In this document: positions 9,211 through 18,549 of the stretch, one piece after another | Numbering within the stretch: position 1 is the first letter of the stretch | How the letters are laid out: each line of letters opens with the position of its first letter | Source: Nanobdellota archaeon | GTDB taxonomy: Archaea; Nanobdellota; Nanobdellia; Parvarchaeales; Parvarchaeaceae | Reading direction: 5' to 3' | Assembly (NCBI GenBank): GCA_021799085.1 | Contig: JAJZBD010000002.1 | Span: 37,355-101,354 of the forward strand | Length of the DNA stretch: 64,000 nucleotides | Notes under the pieces: generated by a model | Told to the model about the DNA's origin: nothing | What the model saw: only the letters and a program-made list of their open reading frames with translations | The model's database searches: none | Position numbers and translations under genes: made by a program

Positions 9211-10227
9211 ATGGATGACCCTTATCGTGTTTTAGGTGTGAGTCCTAATGCATCTGAAGAAGAGATCAAAAAGGCCTTTAAGACCTTAGCTAAGAAATAC
9301 CATCCTGATTTAAATCCGGGTGATAAAAAGGCTGAGGAGAAGTTCAAGGAGATAAATGAGGCATATAGAATATTGATGAACAAGGGCGGCGCTTCATCAC
9401 AGCAGGAAAGCAGCGAGCAGGGCTTTAATTTCAACGACTTTAGTGACATATTCAATTTTCATGGTTTTGAAGACATATTCAGGAATTTCGGCTTTTCATC
9501 AAAGGGAGAGGATCTAAGGTACGATTTGGACATAACATTGGAGGATGTATTTAATCCTGCAGTAAAAACCTTTAAGTTAAAGCACAGAGTAGTATGTCCT
9601 GTTTGTTCAGGTTCAGGTGCGAAAGAAAAAGAAACTTGTCCGAAATGCCACGGCAGCGGAAAAATACGTAGGAACATACACCAGTTTGGATCAAATGTAG
9701 TATTTACCACTACCTGTGATAAATGTGGCGGAACGGGCTTTATAGTAAAAAAGAAGTGCGATAACTGCAATGGAACCGGGTTCGTAGTAAAAGAGGAAAC
9801 GCTTTCCGTTCCAATAAGAAGAGGGGTAAAGGAAGGTGATTACACAATAATAAAGGGCAAGGGTGAGCCTTCCGTTGATGGCGAAAACGGTGACCTCTAT
9901 GTATTTTTCCATATAAGAAAAAGTGATACTTACAGCATATCTGGAAATGATATTAAGACTAGATTATACCTGGATTTGAGGGATCTTCTTAACGGAATAG
10001 AGCTTGATTTGCCAACCCCTTGGGGAAGTGAAAGGATAACTATAAGCGCAGGAGAAACCGGCCCTATAATACTAAAGGGAAAAGGGCTTTATGGTCAAAA
10101 CGGGCAAAGGGGTAATCTTATAATAGACATTGCTGTAGATCTTCCAAAAAAAATCGGAACAAAGGAATTGAATGAAATAGAAAGGGCTTTGGGAGAGAGA
10201 AAAGAGCCGCATATCTCAGCAGATTAA
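9211..10227 (+). CDS. dnaJ: DnaJ co-chaperone (J domain + 4x CxxCxGxG zinc finger)
   Basis: J-domain with HPD (KKYHPDLNP) and four CxxCxGxG repeats ([32 protein letters not shown]). Confidence 0.9.
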   Translation: MDDPYRVLGVSPNASEEEIKKAFKTLAKKYHPDLNPGDKKAEEKFKEINEAYRILMNKGGASSQQESSEQGFNFNDFSDIFNFHGFEDIFRNFGFSSKGEDLRYDLDITLEDVFNPAVKTFKLKHRVVCPVCSGSGAKEKETCPKCHGSGKIRRNIHQFGSNVVFTTTCDKCGGTGFIVKKKCDNCNGTGFVVKEETLSVPIRRGVKEGDYTIIKGKGEPSVDGENGDLYVFFHIRKSDTYSISGNDIKTRLYLDLRDLLNGIELDLPTPWGSERITISAGETGPIILKGKGLYGQNGQRGNLIIDIAVDLPKKIGTKELNEIERALGERKEPHISAD

Positions 10228-11364
10228 ATGGAAACGCTTAAAATAGCATTTTATACAGATAGTTACCTTCCCTCTAGGGATGGAGTTGTAACTTCAATAA
10301 TAAATACAAGAAAAGAACTGGAAAGGAGAGGCCATGAGGTTTACATTTTTGCTTCAGGTGGAAAAGAAACAACTAAACTTGCAAAAAAAGACAAAAGGTT
10401 ATATGTCATAAAAGGGATGCAGTTCAAAAGGTATCCGCAGTATACAATGGGTTTGATAAACCGTGAAAGCACACGTGTAATGGAGATAATGCCAGATATA
10501 ATACATGCTCACACCCCCTTTACAGCGGGTTTGTTTGCATATAGGGCAAGTATCCAGCTTAATTCCAAGTTTGTAGGTACATTCCACACAATGGTGTTTT
10601 CTGACGAAGCAATATCCGCTTATTTTAGTAACAATAAAGCAGCAATAAAACTAAGCAGATTTGTTGTTATGCGGTACCTAAAGTGGTTCTACTCAAAGAC
10701 TGACGGTATAATTGCACCTACAATGTATGTAAAAAGGATACTTGAAAACAATGGTTTAAAGAATATACAGATTATACCAACAGGAGTAGACTTTGGCTCG
10801 ATGAAAAGAGAAAATAGAGAAAAGACAAGAAAGCAGCTGGGGTTAAAAAGCAAAGACAAGGTAATACTCTATTTCGGAAGGGTAAGCAGGGAAAAGAATA
10901 TAGACATACTTATAAAAGCAGCAAAGCCGCTGTCTGTAAATGGTTTCAAGATAATAATAGCAGGATCCGGACCTTACATTAAGGAGCTTATTTCATTAAG
11001 CAAAAGAATAGGTAACAATAACATTATATTTACTGGGTTCGTAAAAGAAAAAGACATTTCTCTTTACTACGCCGCTGCAGACATTCTTTGTAACCCTTCT
11101 ACTTTTGAAACTCAAGGAATTGTGGATTTGTATGCATCTTTTTATGGGCTGCCAATTCTTCTACCGGAAAAAGGTGCACAGGAGGAACTGCTTAATTATG
11201 CAAAATGCGGCGAAAGATTCAATCCGCACAGTATAAAAGATCTTGTAGAAAAAGCCAATTTTATATATGAGCATCCAAATAGATACAAATTTGATGGAGT
11301 AGTAAAGGAATTTGACATAAAGAAAACAGTGGATAAACTTATAGCTCTTTACAATAAAATTTAA
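10228..11364 (+). CDS. GT4-family glycosyltransferase (group 1)
   Basis: N-terminal KIAFYTDSYLPSRDGV and a C-terminal GT4-like region (FVGRVSREKNID ... EGFGL-like ETQGIV). The start abuts the dnaJ stop. Confidence 0.75.
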   Translation: METLKIAFYTDSYLPSRDGVVTSIINTRKELERRGHEVYIFASGGKETTKLAKKDKRLYVIKGMQFKRYPQYTMGLINRESTRVMEIMPDIIHAHTPFTAGLFAYRASIQLNSKFVGTFHTMVFSDEAISAYFSNNKAAIKLSRFVVMRYLKWFYSKTDGIIAPTMYVKRILENNGLKNIQIIPTGVDFGSMKRENREKTRKQLGLKSKDKVILYFGRVSREKNIDILIKAAKPLSVNGFKIIIAGSGPYIKELISLSKRIGNNNIIFTGFVKEKDISLYYAAADILCNPSTFETQGIVDLYASFYGLPILLPEKGAQEELLNYAKCGERFNPHSIKDLVEKANFIYEHPNRYKFDGVVKEFDIKKTVDKLIALYNKI

Positions 11365-11398
11365 ATGCTTAAATCTATTTAATACTAAAAATACTCCT

Positions 11399-12841
11399 AT
11401 GGTTATGAACAATTCAGTAAGGAAGTCGGTAATATTTACTATTTTACTACTGTCCGTAATGTTTTTAGTGGGAAATGCCCATGCTTTGAAGGTAAGCCCG
11501 AATTCTATAACTGTTCAAAGCAACGCGGTTTCATACTTTAACTTTACTTTTTATAATAACCAGAATACCACGCAAAATATATCTTTAAATCTAGGGAGGG
11601 CCTCTATAATATATTCAGGTTATTTTTACAGCATAGGTGCATTTCCGGATAGTTTTGAACTTTTACCTGGGCAGGCAAAGACCGTACTTTTTTCTTTTGA
11701 ATCAAAGGATGTTTTCTTTTCTTATCCTATAACAATGCAGATTCCTTATAGCGACAATTCAGCGTCCAATTACTTTAATCTAAGCGTTGCAATAATACCA
11801 ATAACAAAAACCTCGATATATCTTTATTCAATAAACTCCTCAAAATCTTTCTACCCATACAATAATGTCTACTTCCAAGTAAATGTGATGAATTCATTAG
11901 GACAGACTGGTTTGATTTTGCCGTTTGTCTATAATCTGTCAAGTAATGGAAAGCTGATTTATTCTTCGTCAAAAAACGAAGTTATAGGAAACTTGGGTTT
12001 GAATTCATTTAACTTCACAATTCCCATAAGCACATTGAGTTATCTTCTCCCGCCAGGGAAATACAACATATCGGTTTATACAAATTACAATAAAAATTCA
12101 TCTGCGTTGTACTTCCCAATAAACATCCTTACGTACTATAAGCCTGTGATCAGCAAAACATCCAGTTTTAACATTTTTGGAGGCAGCGCTTCAATAACCG
12201 TTAAGAACGAAGGAAACGTGCCTGTAAATAGGAGCGCAATTGCTTTGAGCATAAACAGCTTTAATTCACTGTTTTTAATCTCTAAATCCTCATCCAATGG
12301 TTCTGCCGTGATTTCAAGTGGCTTAATCCAACCTTCAATAAGTTCTCTTATGCCAGGTCAGAGCATAACACTGCAGTATTCCGTCTCTTACTATCCAATA
12401 TACCTTATAATTCTGATAATCGCGTTGGCGTTTGTAATATTCCTTTACTTCAACAGAAAGGTAATATTCAAAAAGGAAGTGATAGAACACAAGGCAGTAG
12501 AAGGTTTCATAGACATAAAAATAGCTTTAAGGCTTAAGAACATCTCTAGAAAGAAAATATACGGAATAGAATTAGAGGATGAAATTCCTCCAAATTCGTT
12601 GAAGGTAGCAAAAGCCGGTCAAAAAGAAGGAAAAATAACAAAGCATGGCAGCAAGATGCTCATTTCCTGGAAGGAAGAAGAACTTAATCCAAACGATGAA
12701 ATTATAGTTATGTATGAAGTAAAAAGCAAGATAGGCATAGTAGGTAACTTCGAATTGGAGAAAGCAAGCGTGAAGTTCGATTTCAATGGAAGAAGCTACA
12801 GAAAGAGCTCTAATTCATTAGTTCTGCACATAAAAACCTAA
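11399..12841 (+). CDS. Type-I membrane surface protein, sequon-rich (putative N-glycoprotein)
   Basis: N-terminal signal peptide ending ...GNAHA, many N-x-S/T sequons, one TM helix (YYPIYLIILIIALAFVIFLYF) and a basic cytoplasmic tail of about 125 aa. Confidence 0.55.
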   Translation: MVMNNSVRKSVIFTILLLSVMFLVGNAHALKVSPNSITVQSNAVSYFNFTFYNNQNTTQNISLNLGRASIIYSGYFYSIGAFPDSFELLPGQAKTVLFSFESKDVFFSYPITMQIPYSDNSASNYFNLSVAIIPITKTSIYLYSINSSKSFYPYNNVYFQVNVMNSLGQTGLILPFVYNLSSNGKLIYSSSKNEVIGNLGLNSFNFTIPISTLSYLLPPGKYNISVYTNYNKNSSALYFPINILTYYKPVISKTSSFNIFGGSASITVKNEGNVPVNRSAIALSINSFNSLFLISKSSSNGSAVISSGLIQPSISSLMPGQSITLQYSVSYYPIYLIILIIALAFVIFLYFNRKVIFKKEVIEHKAVEGFIDIKIALRLKNISRKKIYGIELEDEIPPNSLKVAKAGQKEGKITKHGSKMLISWKEEELNPNDEIIVMYEVKSKIGIVGNFELEKASVKFDFNGRSYRKSSNSLVLHIKT

Positions 12842-12872
12842 TTTTAAAACGAATCTTAAAAGCAAATAAAAC

Positions 12873-12880
12873 TTTAAATA
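12873..12880 (+). promoter_or_regulatory. TATA-box-like TTTAAATA upstream of tRNA-Asp
   Basis: AT-rich octamer centred about 32 bp upstream of the tRNA 5' end. Confidence 0.3.
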
Positions 12881-12908
12881 GTTGTAGCTGATTTTTTAAA
12901 GAATACAA

Positions 12909-12981
12909 GCCCCGATAGTCTAGTGGTCTAGGATAGTGCCCTGTCACGGCATTGACGCGGGTCCGAATCCCGCTCGGGGCG
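12909..12981 (+). tRNA. tRNA-Asp (anticodon GTC)
   Basis: Acceptor stem GCCCCGA/TCGGGGC, anticodon stem GTGCC/GGCAT with loop CTGTCAC (anticodon GTC), T-arm GCGGG-TCCGAAT-CCCGC, discriminator G, no encoded CCA. Confidence 0.8.
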
Positions 12982-13057
12982 CTTGTAGGAAAAAAGTTAG
13001 GTCATTTGCTTAATATTCATTAAAAAAGCTTATATTCTACTAAAGTAATTACAAAAA

Positions 13058-13909
13058 ATGAATAACTCAATCCAATCCAGAGATATTGGTCGGCTTTCTG
13101 AAATAGCGGTTTCTTTCAAGTATACACTTAAGTCTTATCTAAGAACTAAGAGGTTTCTCGCCCTTGCCATACTTGTTGCATTGATATCCATAGCTATATT
13201 TGCGGTAGAAGCTCACGTTGGTATAAGCGCTATAAATGCGGAGTACAGTAACGCTTCAAATTATCTTTACAGCTTCATGCAGAACATCACCTTTGTAGTT
13301 ATAATAGTGGCAGCTTTTTTCGGCGGTAATGCAATCTCTACCGATTTTGCGTCAAATTATAGTTATTACATACTTGTACAGCCTGCCAGAAGGAGCTCTA
13401 TTTTGGTGGGTAGGTACCTTGCGGCATTGTTAGCTTCCTTTTCAATAATCTTGATATACTACGTTTTCGCAGCCATAAGCTCATTTTATTTCTTTTCCAC
13501 TCTACCGGGAGTCTTTGCTTCTTCTGTTGGATTAGTAGCGCTTTTCGTGCTTTCTATTCTTTCTTTTGCATTTTTCCTAAGCTCATTGTTCAATAATCCT
13601 CAGACTAGCACCGTTGCAGTCGTAATTCTTTTAATAGTTGTTTTACCAATCGCTTCAAGTGTCCTTCAAAGCTTTTTGTCAGTAGAGCCCTGGTTCCTCG
13701 TGAATTATGGCGGGCAAGTGGTTTATTCTGTTTTTTCAACACATTTTGTCCATTTTTCACAGTTAAAGATCCCCACTAAAGGAGGGGAGTTTACAATAAC
13801 GCAATATGAACCTTATACCTTAGAAGGGATAGAGATAATGCTCGGTTATATCATAATATTCTTTATAGCTAGTGTATTCATGTACAAGTATAAAGAGGTG
13901 AAAGGATAA
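13058..13909 (+). CDS. ABC transporter permease-like integral membrane protein
   Basis: About 6 predicted TM segments. Its stop overlaps the start of the downstream ABC ATPase. Confidence 0.55.
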   Translation: MNNSIQSRDIGRLSEIAVSFKYTLKSYLRTKRFLALAILVALISIAIFAVEAHVGISAINAEYSNASNYLYSFMQNITFVVIIVAAFFGGNAISTDFASNYSYYILVQPARRSSILVGRYLAALLASFSIILIYYVFAAISSFYFFSTLPGVFASSVGLVALFVLSILSFAFFLSSLFNNPQTSTVAVVILLIVVLPIASSVLQSFLSVEPWFLVNYGGQVVYSVFSTHFVHFSQLKIPTKGGEFTITQYEPYTLEGIEIMLGYIIIFFIASVFMYKYKEVKG

Positions 13910-14616
13910 TGGATATAGAAGTAAAGAACCTTACAAAAAGATACGGAGATAAAACAGCTTTGGATGACATTTCATTTTCACACAAAGGCAAGGGCGTTAT
14001 CGGCTATTTAGGTCCAAACGGTGCGGGAAAGACAACAACATTTAAGATACTTGCAGGTCTGCTTAAACCAACCTCAGGTTCTGTCTTTGTAAATGGCTTT
14101 GATGTTAGTAAGGATCTAAAGAATGTGCTTTTGAGCATAGGCGCAGTCATAGAATCTCCTGAACCGGATAGAACACAGACAATAAAAGAAGCACTAACTA
14201 TGTCTGCAGAATTTAACGGCCTTTCGAAAGTTGATATTTATAAGCAGATAAACAAATACGGAAAGCTTCTTGAGCTTCCGCCATTGGACTCTAGAATAGG
14301 AAAGCTGTCAAAGGGCCAAAGGCAGCGGGTTTCATTAGTGGCGGCACTAATTTCAGAGCCGAGCATATTGCTGTTAGATGAGCCTACAAGTGGTTTGGAC
14401 CCGGCAGAAAGAATGAAATTCAAGAAGCTTATTTTATCCATGAAAAAAGACCGATTGATACTTATAAGCTCTCACGTAATACAGGAAATAAAAGAAGTAT
14501 GCGATGAGATAATATTCATAAACAACGGGAAAATAATGAAACAGGACACAGTCAAAAACCTGCAGAAAAAATATAAGGATCTAGAAAGAGCGTACATGAA
14601 AATAGTGGGAAGCTGA
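13909..14616 (+). CDS. ABC transporter ATP-binding protein
   Basis: Walker A GPNGAGKTT, ABC signature LSKGQRQRV and Walker B ILLLDEPTSGLD. Confidence 0.85.
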   Translation: MDIEVKNLTKRYGDKTALDDISFSHKGKGVIGYLGPNGAGKTTTFKILAGLLKPTSGSVFVNGFDVSKDLKNVLLSIGAVIESPEPDRTQTIKEALTMSAEFNGLSKVDIYKQINKYGKLLELPPLDSRIGKLSKGQRQRVSLVAALISEPSILLLDEPTSGLDPAERMKFKKLILSMKKDRLILISSHVIQEIKEVCDEIIFINNGKIMKQDTVKNLQKKYKDLERAYMKIVGS

Positions 14617-14678
14617 ATAACCTTTAGCATGCGTTTCCGTGCCCAAAGTTTTTAAACTTTAAATTCATAATATTCCAC

Positions 14679-15911
14679 ATGGCAGATAGAGTTAAAGGAG
14701 TAAGGGATTTTATGGGCAGGGAAGCATTCCTTAGGCAACAGGCCCTAGAAACCATTCGAAAGACGTATGAGCTTTTTGGATTTGAGCCTGTTGAAACGCC
14801 TTCATTTGAATACTTGTCGTTGTTTACAAACAAATCCGGTCCAGAAATAGAATCTCAGTTGTATTCTTTTGAGGATAAAAAGGGAGAAAAGCTTGCCTTA
14901 CGGCCGGAACACACCATTTCAAAGCTTAGAGTAGTCTCCGGAAATAAATCTCTTGTTTTTCCCCTTAGAGCATATAGCATAGGAAACGTCTGGAGATACG
15001 AAGACACAAAAAAAGGCAGGTGGAGAGAGTTTATCCAGGCAGATATAGACGTGTTCGGCTCTTCGAATATAATGTACGATTCCGAGGTTATAGCATGCAT
15101 AGACTTTACGCTTAAGAGGTTAGGCATAACTGGTTATAAAATAAACGTGAGTAACAGAAAAATCCTTACGTCCTTAATGGAAAACCTCCAGGTAGAAGCA
15201 GAAAAAATCGTGCAGGTTTTAAGGGAAATTGACAAGATGAATAAAATCGGTGTGGAGGAAGTTACAAAAAATGTAGGCGATTTGATTGGAATAGAAAAGG
15301 CCGAAAGGGTAAGGGATTATCTAAATGGCAAAGAGGTAACCGGCTTAGAAGGCATAAAAGAGGTAGATTATTTGATTGGAGATCTAAAGAAGAGTTATGG
15401 CGTAGAAGGCGTTTATTTTGATAGGTCTTTAGTAAGGGGCCAGGATTACTATGATGGCAGCATATTTGAATTTGAATTCACAGAAGGGCAGTTAAAGGGA
15501 GTAGTGCTTGCAGGCGGTGGAAGATATGATAGGATCAGCAGGAATTTTGATGCAGACTTTGCCATAGTTGGTGGATCCATAGGTTTTGACGTAATCATGG
15601 AGGTTTTAATGGCAAATTACAAAAATGAATTTTATAAAAGTTTCTGCGTTCTTAGTGTAGATGACATAGAAAAAGCAAGAAAAGTAGCAGCAGATTTAAG
15701 AAACGCAGGCATAACTACAGATATCCTTTTAGATAGCATCTCGCTTTCAAAAGGGCTGGATTACTGCAATTCCAAAAAAATCAAATATGCAGTGATAGTT
15801 GGAAAAAGGGATCTGCAAGAGAATCTTATAACTGTCAGGGATCTTGAAAGTAAAAGAGAAATGAAATTCAACGTAGATTCAATAGTTGACGAAGTAAAAA
15901 AGCTGTTTTAG
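14679..15911 (+). CDS. hisS: Histidyl-tRNA synthetase
   Basis: Class II aaRS motifs (RDFMGREAF, LRPEHT, GGRYD). 410 aa. Confidence 0.85.
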   Translation: MADRVKGVRDFMGREAFLRQQALETIRKTYELFGFEPVETPSFEYLSLFTNKSGPEIESQLYSFEDKKGEKLALRPEHTISKLRVVSGNKSLVFPLRAYSIGNVWRYEDTKKGRWREFIQADIDVFGSSNIMYDSEVIACIDFTLKRLGITGYKINVSNRKILTSLMENLQVEAEKIVQVLREIDKMNKIGVEEVTKNVGDLIGIEKAERVRDYLNGKEVTGLEGIKEVDYLIGDLKKSYGVEGVYFDRSLVRGQDYYDGSIFEFEFTEGQLKGVVLAGGGRYDRISRNFDADFAIVGGSIGFDVIMEVLMANYKNEFYKSFCVLSVDDIEKARKVAADLRNAGITTDILLDSISLSKGLDYCNSKKIKYAVIVGKRDLQENLITVRDLESKREMKFNVDSIVDEVKKLF

Positions 15912-16266
15912 CATAAATGATAAAGTTTAAATATGATAGAATTTAATATAACTAAATGCAAAACAGTGCTTTCGCTGAAGAGTTTTTGGTTGTTTCAGCA
16001 TACTTGTGGCACTGCAGTTTTTCTTCATATTCAATTAAGACAAACTGATTTGCCCAAATGATTTCTGACAAATTTTTCAGATTTTGTTTGGGCGGCGATT
16101 AAAATCTAATTTTTTATTTAATTTCCATATGGTTACTATTGAATAATTTAATAAGAATTGAAGGTGAACATGAATATTATGGCGGTGAAAAACAATGGAT
16201 TTATGCAAGTATTTAGCATAAAATTTGTAAATTTTATTAAAAATATAAGTGAAAATTTAGAATTTT

Positions 16267-18540
16267 TTGAAGAAAAAGTATATAAAGGATATGTATTCCT
16301 ATATATACTGGGGGTTGAGTGACATGGGAGAAAAAACGTCGTTTAAACAAAAAATGAGTTTAGATGAATTTCTAGAGTTCGGTAAAGAAAGGCCCGAACT
16401 ATTCTATAATGCAAATCAGAGGGCATTGGCCGCAATAGAATCCTATGGCAAAAAAGATGGTAAATGGCAGTTTCTTGTAAGGCAGCCAAATGATCAAAGA
16501 AACATAAAAACAAGATATGACTCTAGTGATTTCGCAGATGAATTTGTTTCTTTTCTCAAAAGGGCGGCAAGAAACAGCGACATGAAAAACAAGCTTACGG
16601 TAATAATTTCTCCGCCTGGTGCAGGTAAAAGCGAGTTTCTTAATACTTTAGCAGAGACTTTAAGGGTTTATTCAGAAGGAATAGGGGCACAGTATGTTTT
16701 GAAATTGGACCTGGATTCGCTTGAAAATAATCCGGCATTGAATGTATTGACAGAAGACGATAAACAACAGTTTTTGCAGGATGTTCGTTCCCAACTCGGT
16801 TCTAAAGGCAAAAGGAAATTGACACTGGGTGAAAACATACAGGATGAGATCTATTTACTGCAGAAAAGGCCAGGATCTTCTAAGAAGACAAAGATAGAAG
16901 AGCTTGTAGAAAGCCTAGACAAACCAGACAGAGAATACTGGACAGTGCCTACTATAAATAAAAGAGGGGCAGTGAGTTCTACTCTCAGCAAGATAAAAGG
17001 AACACTTACAGATTCTCTTAGTAAGTTTGTCTTAAAAGACAATAAACCCGATCATGAGAAGATACAGAACATCATAGAAAAACTTGTAAGCGTGGAACTT
17101 GCAAGTGACGATGATATTATACATATATCTGAGCCAGTTGTTGCGGCAGATGATCAGCACTTGGACTACAAAGGAATATTCGGTGGTAGAATGTTCTATA
17201 GGATATTGAATGAACTGGGAGGAGATAACTCAAACGTTTTGGCATACGATTTCGGTATTCTCGGCAGCCAGTCAGCTCCTTCACCAAGAGGGAATATAAT
17301 CTACATAAGTGAAGTTCTTAAGGGTTCTTCATCTTTCGCGAATTCGCTTCTGGACTTCGTGCAGGATACAAGAACAAAGGTTTCTCCATCGTTTAAGGAG
17401 TCATTTGACGCGATAATGATAGGAACTACAAACATGGACGACTATAAGAAGATAGCCGACAGCATAAAACCTTACCTTCTGCGTAGGTCAAATATAATTG
17501 TATTCAGGTCTATGACAAAGCTTTCTGATGCCGAAACGGCGTTGGACGACATATACAAGCATGCTGCAAAGGAACTGAATATACACTACCCGCCACACTT
17601 CTTGAGGATGCTGTCTAGGATATGGGTAGAAGCAAGCATCTCCCACTATGACAATATATCCTTGAAAGACAAAGCAGATATATACAACGGAGTTTTCCTG
17701 CCTGAAATAAAGGTGTCCCTTGAAGACATAATAAGGGAAGCAACGCAGAAGCCCATTTTGGAGCTGGAAGAGGGAGTGAAGCTTGGCATACCTTACGATG
17801 ACATGGTAAAATCGCCTTCAAAGCTCCTTTCCTATGCGAACTTCAGCAGAAAAATGGGGGTAGAGGCTGGTTATATACCCAAGGAAGAACTCAAGGAAAA
17901 GGTATGTCTTGGAACAATACTTGACAACCTAAACGGCACAAGGTACATAGAGGACTTTCTGAATACCATGGAAGATCTTTCTCCGGAAACAAAGGCAAGG
18001 GTGCAGCCAAGGGAAAAAGGAGAAGGCAGCACAATAGTGCAGGATGCATACGACGAGATAAAAAGAATGATGAAAAATGATGTATCAATGGTTGAGTACG
18101 GCTCTGAAAAAGTCCAGGATCTTGTAAATAAGTACGTTATAAACGTGTACTACATAAAGAAGACTGGCAGCGAAAACGACAAAAAAGTGAGGGTTCCAAT
18201 GTTTGGAACTGTGCAGCCAATCGACTATGATTTCGTTACAGACCTTGAAAAAAGGGCAAACCTTAGAAGCGATGTGATGCGCGACAGCATATACAGCATA
18301 ATAAACGATGCTTCGATAGCCAACAACAAGAAAAATATAGATGAGCTTGTAAAGATGCTTACACCCACGATAATCGAGAGGCATCCGCAGCTTACGGCCG
18401 GCATAGTTGACAAACTAAGCGCATCCGTTGCAGGAACTGCTACTGAATTAGATCAAGATAGGATAATAAGCAAATTGATCGACATTGGTTACTGTAATCA
18501 ATGTGCACGTGTTGCCTATAATCTCTTTATAACGAAGTAG
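16267..18540 (+). CDS. prkA: PrkA-family serine protein kinase (AAA+ N-domain)
   Basis: Walker A ISPPGAGKSE and overall PrkA/YeaG-like length and organisation. It is followed by the yeaH- and spoVR-like genes. The true start may be the internal MGEK. Confidence 0.75.
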   Translation: MKKKYIKDMYSYIYWGLSDMGEKTSFKQKMSLDEFLEFGKERPELFYNANQRALAAIESYGKKDGKWQFLVRQPNDQRNIKTRYDSSDFADEFVSFLKRAARNSDMKNKLTVIISPPGAGKSEFLNTLAETLRVYSEGIGAQYVLKLDLDSLENNPALNVLTEDDKQQFLQDVRSQLGSKGKRKLTLGENIQDEIYLLQKRPGSSKKTKIEELVESLDKPDREYWTVPTINKRGAVSSTLSKIKGTLTDSLSKFVLKDNKPDHEKIQNIIEKLVSVELASDDDIIHISEPVVAADDQHLDYKGIFGGRMFYRILNELGGDNSNVLAYDFGILGSQSAPSPRGNIIYISEVLKGSSSFANSLLDFVQDTRTKVSPSFKESFDAIMIGTTNMDDYKKIADSIKPYLLRRSNIIVFRSMTKLSDAETALDDIYKHAAKELNIHYPPHFLRMLSRIWVEASISHYDNISLKDKADIYNGVFLPEIKVSLEDIIREATQKPILELEEGVKLGIPYDDMVKSPSKLLSYANFSRKMGVEAGYIPKEELKEKVCLGTILDNLNGTRYIEDFLNTMEDLSPETKARVQPREKGEGSTIVQDAYDEIKRMMKNDVSMVEYGSEKVQDLVNKYVINVYYIKKTGSENDKKVRVPMFGTVQPIDYDFVTDLEKRANLRSDVMRDSIYSIINDASIANNKKNIDELVKMLTPTIIERHPQLTAGIVDKLSASVAGTATELDQDRIISKLIDIGYCNQCARVAYNLFITK

Positions 18541-18549
18541 GTCTGATTT

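Noticed and set aside
7527-10587. Antisense or off-frame ORFs within dnaK, dnaJ and the glycosyltransferase (7527-7727, 7845-8042, 8309-9017 group, 9222-9912 group, 10399-10587).
   Set aside because: Embedded in well-supported chaperone genes; low-complexity translations; no independent evidence.
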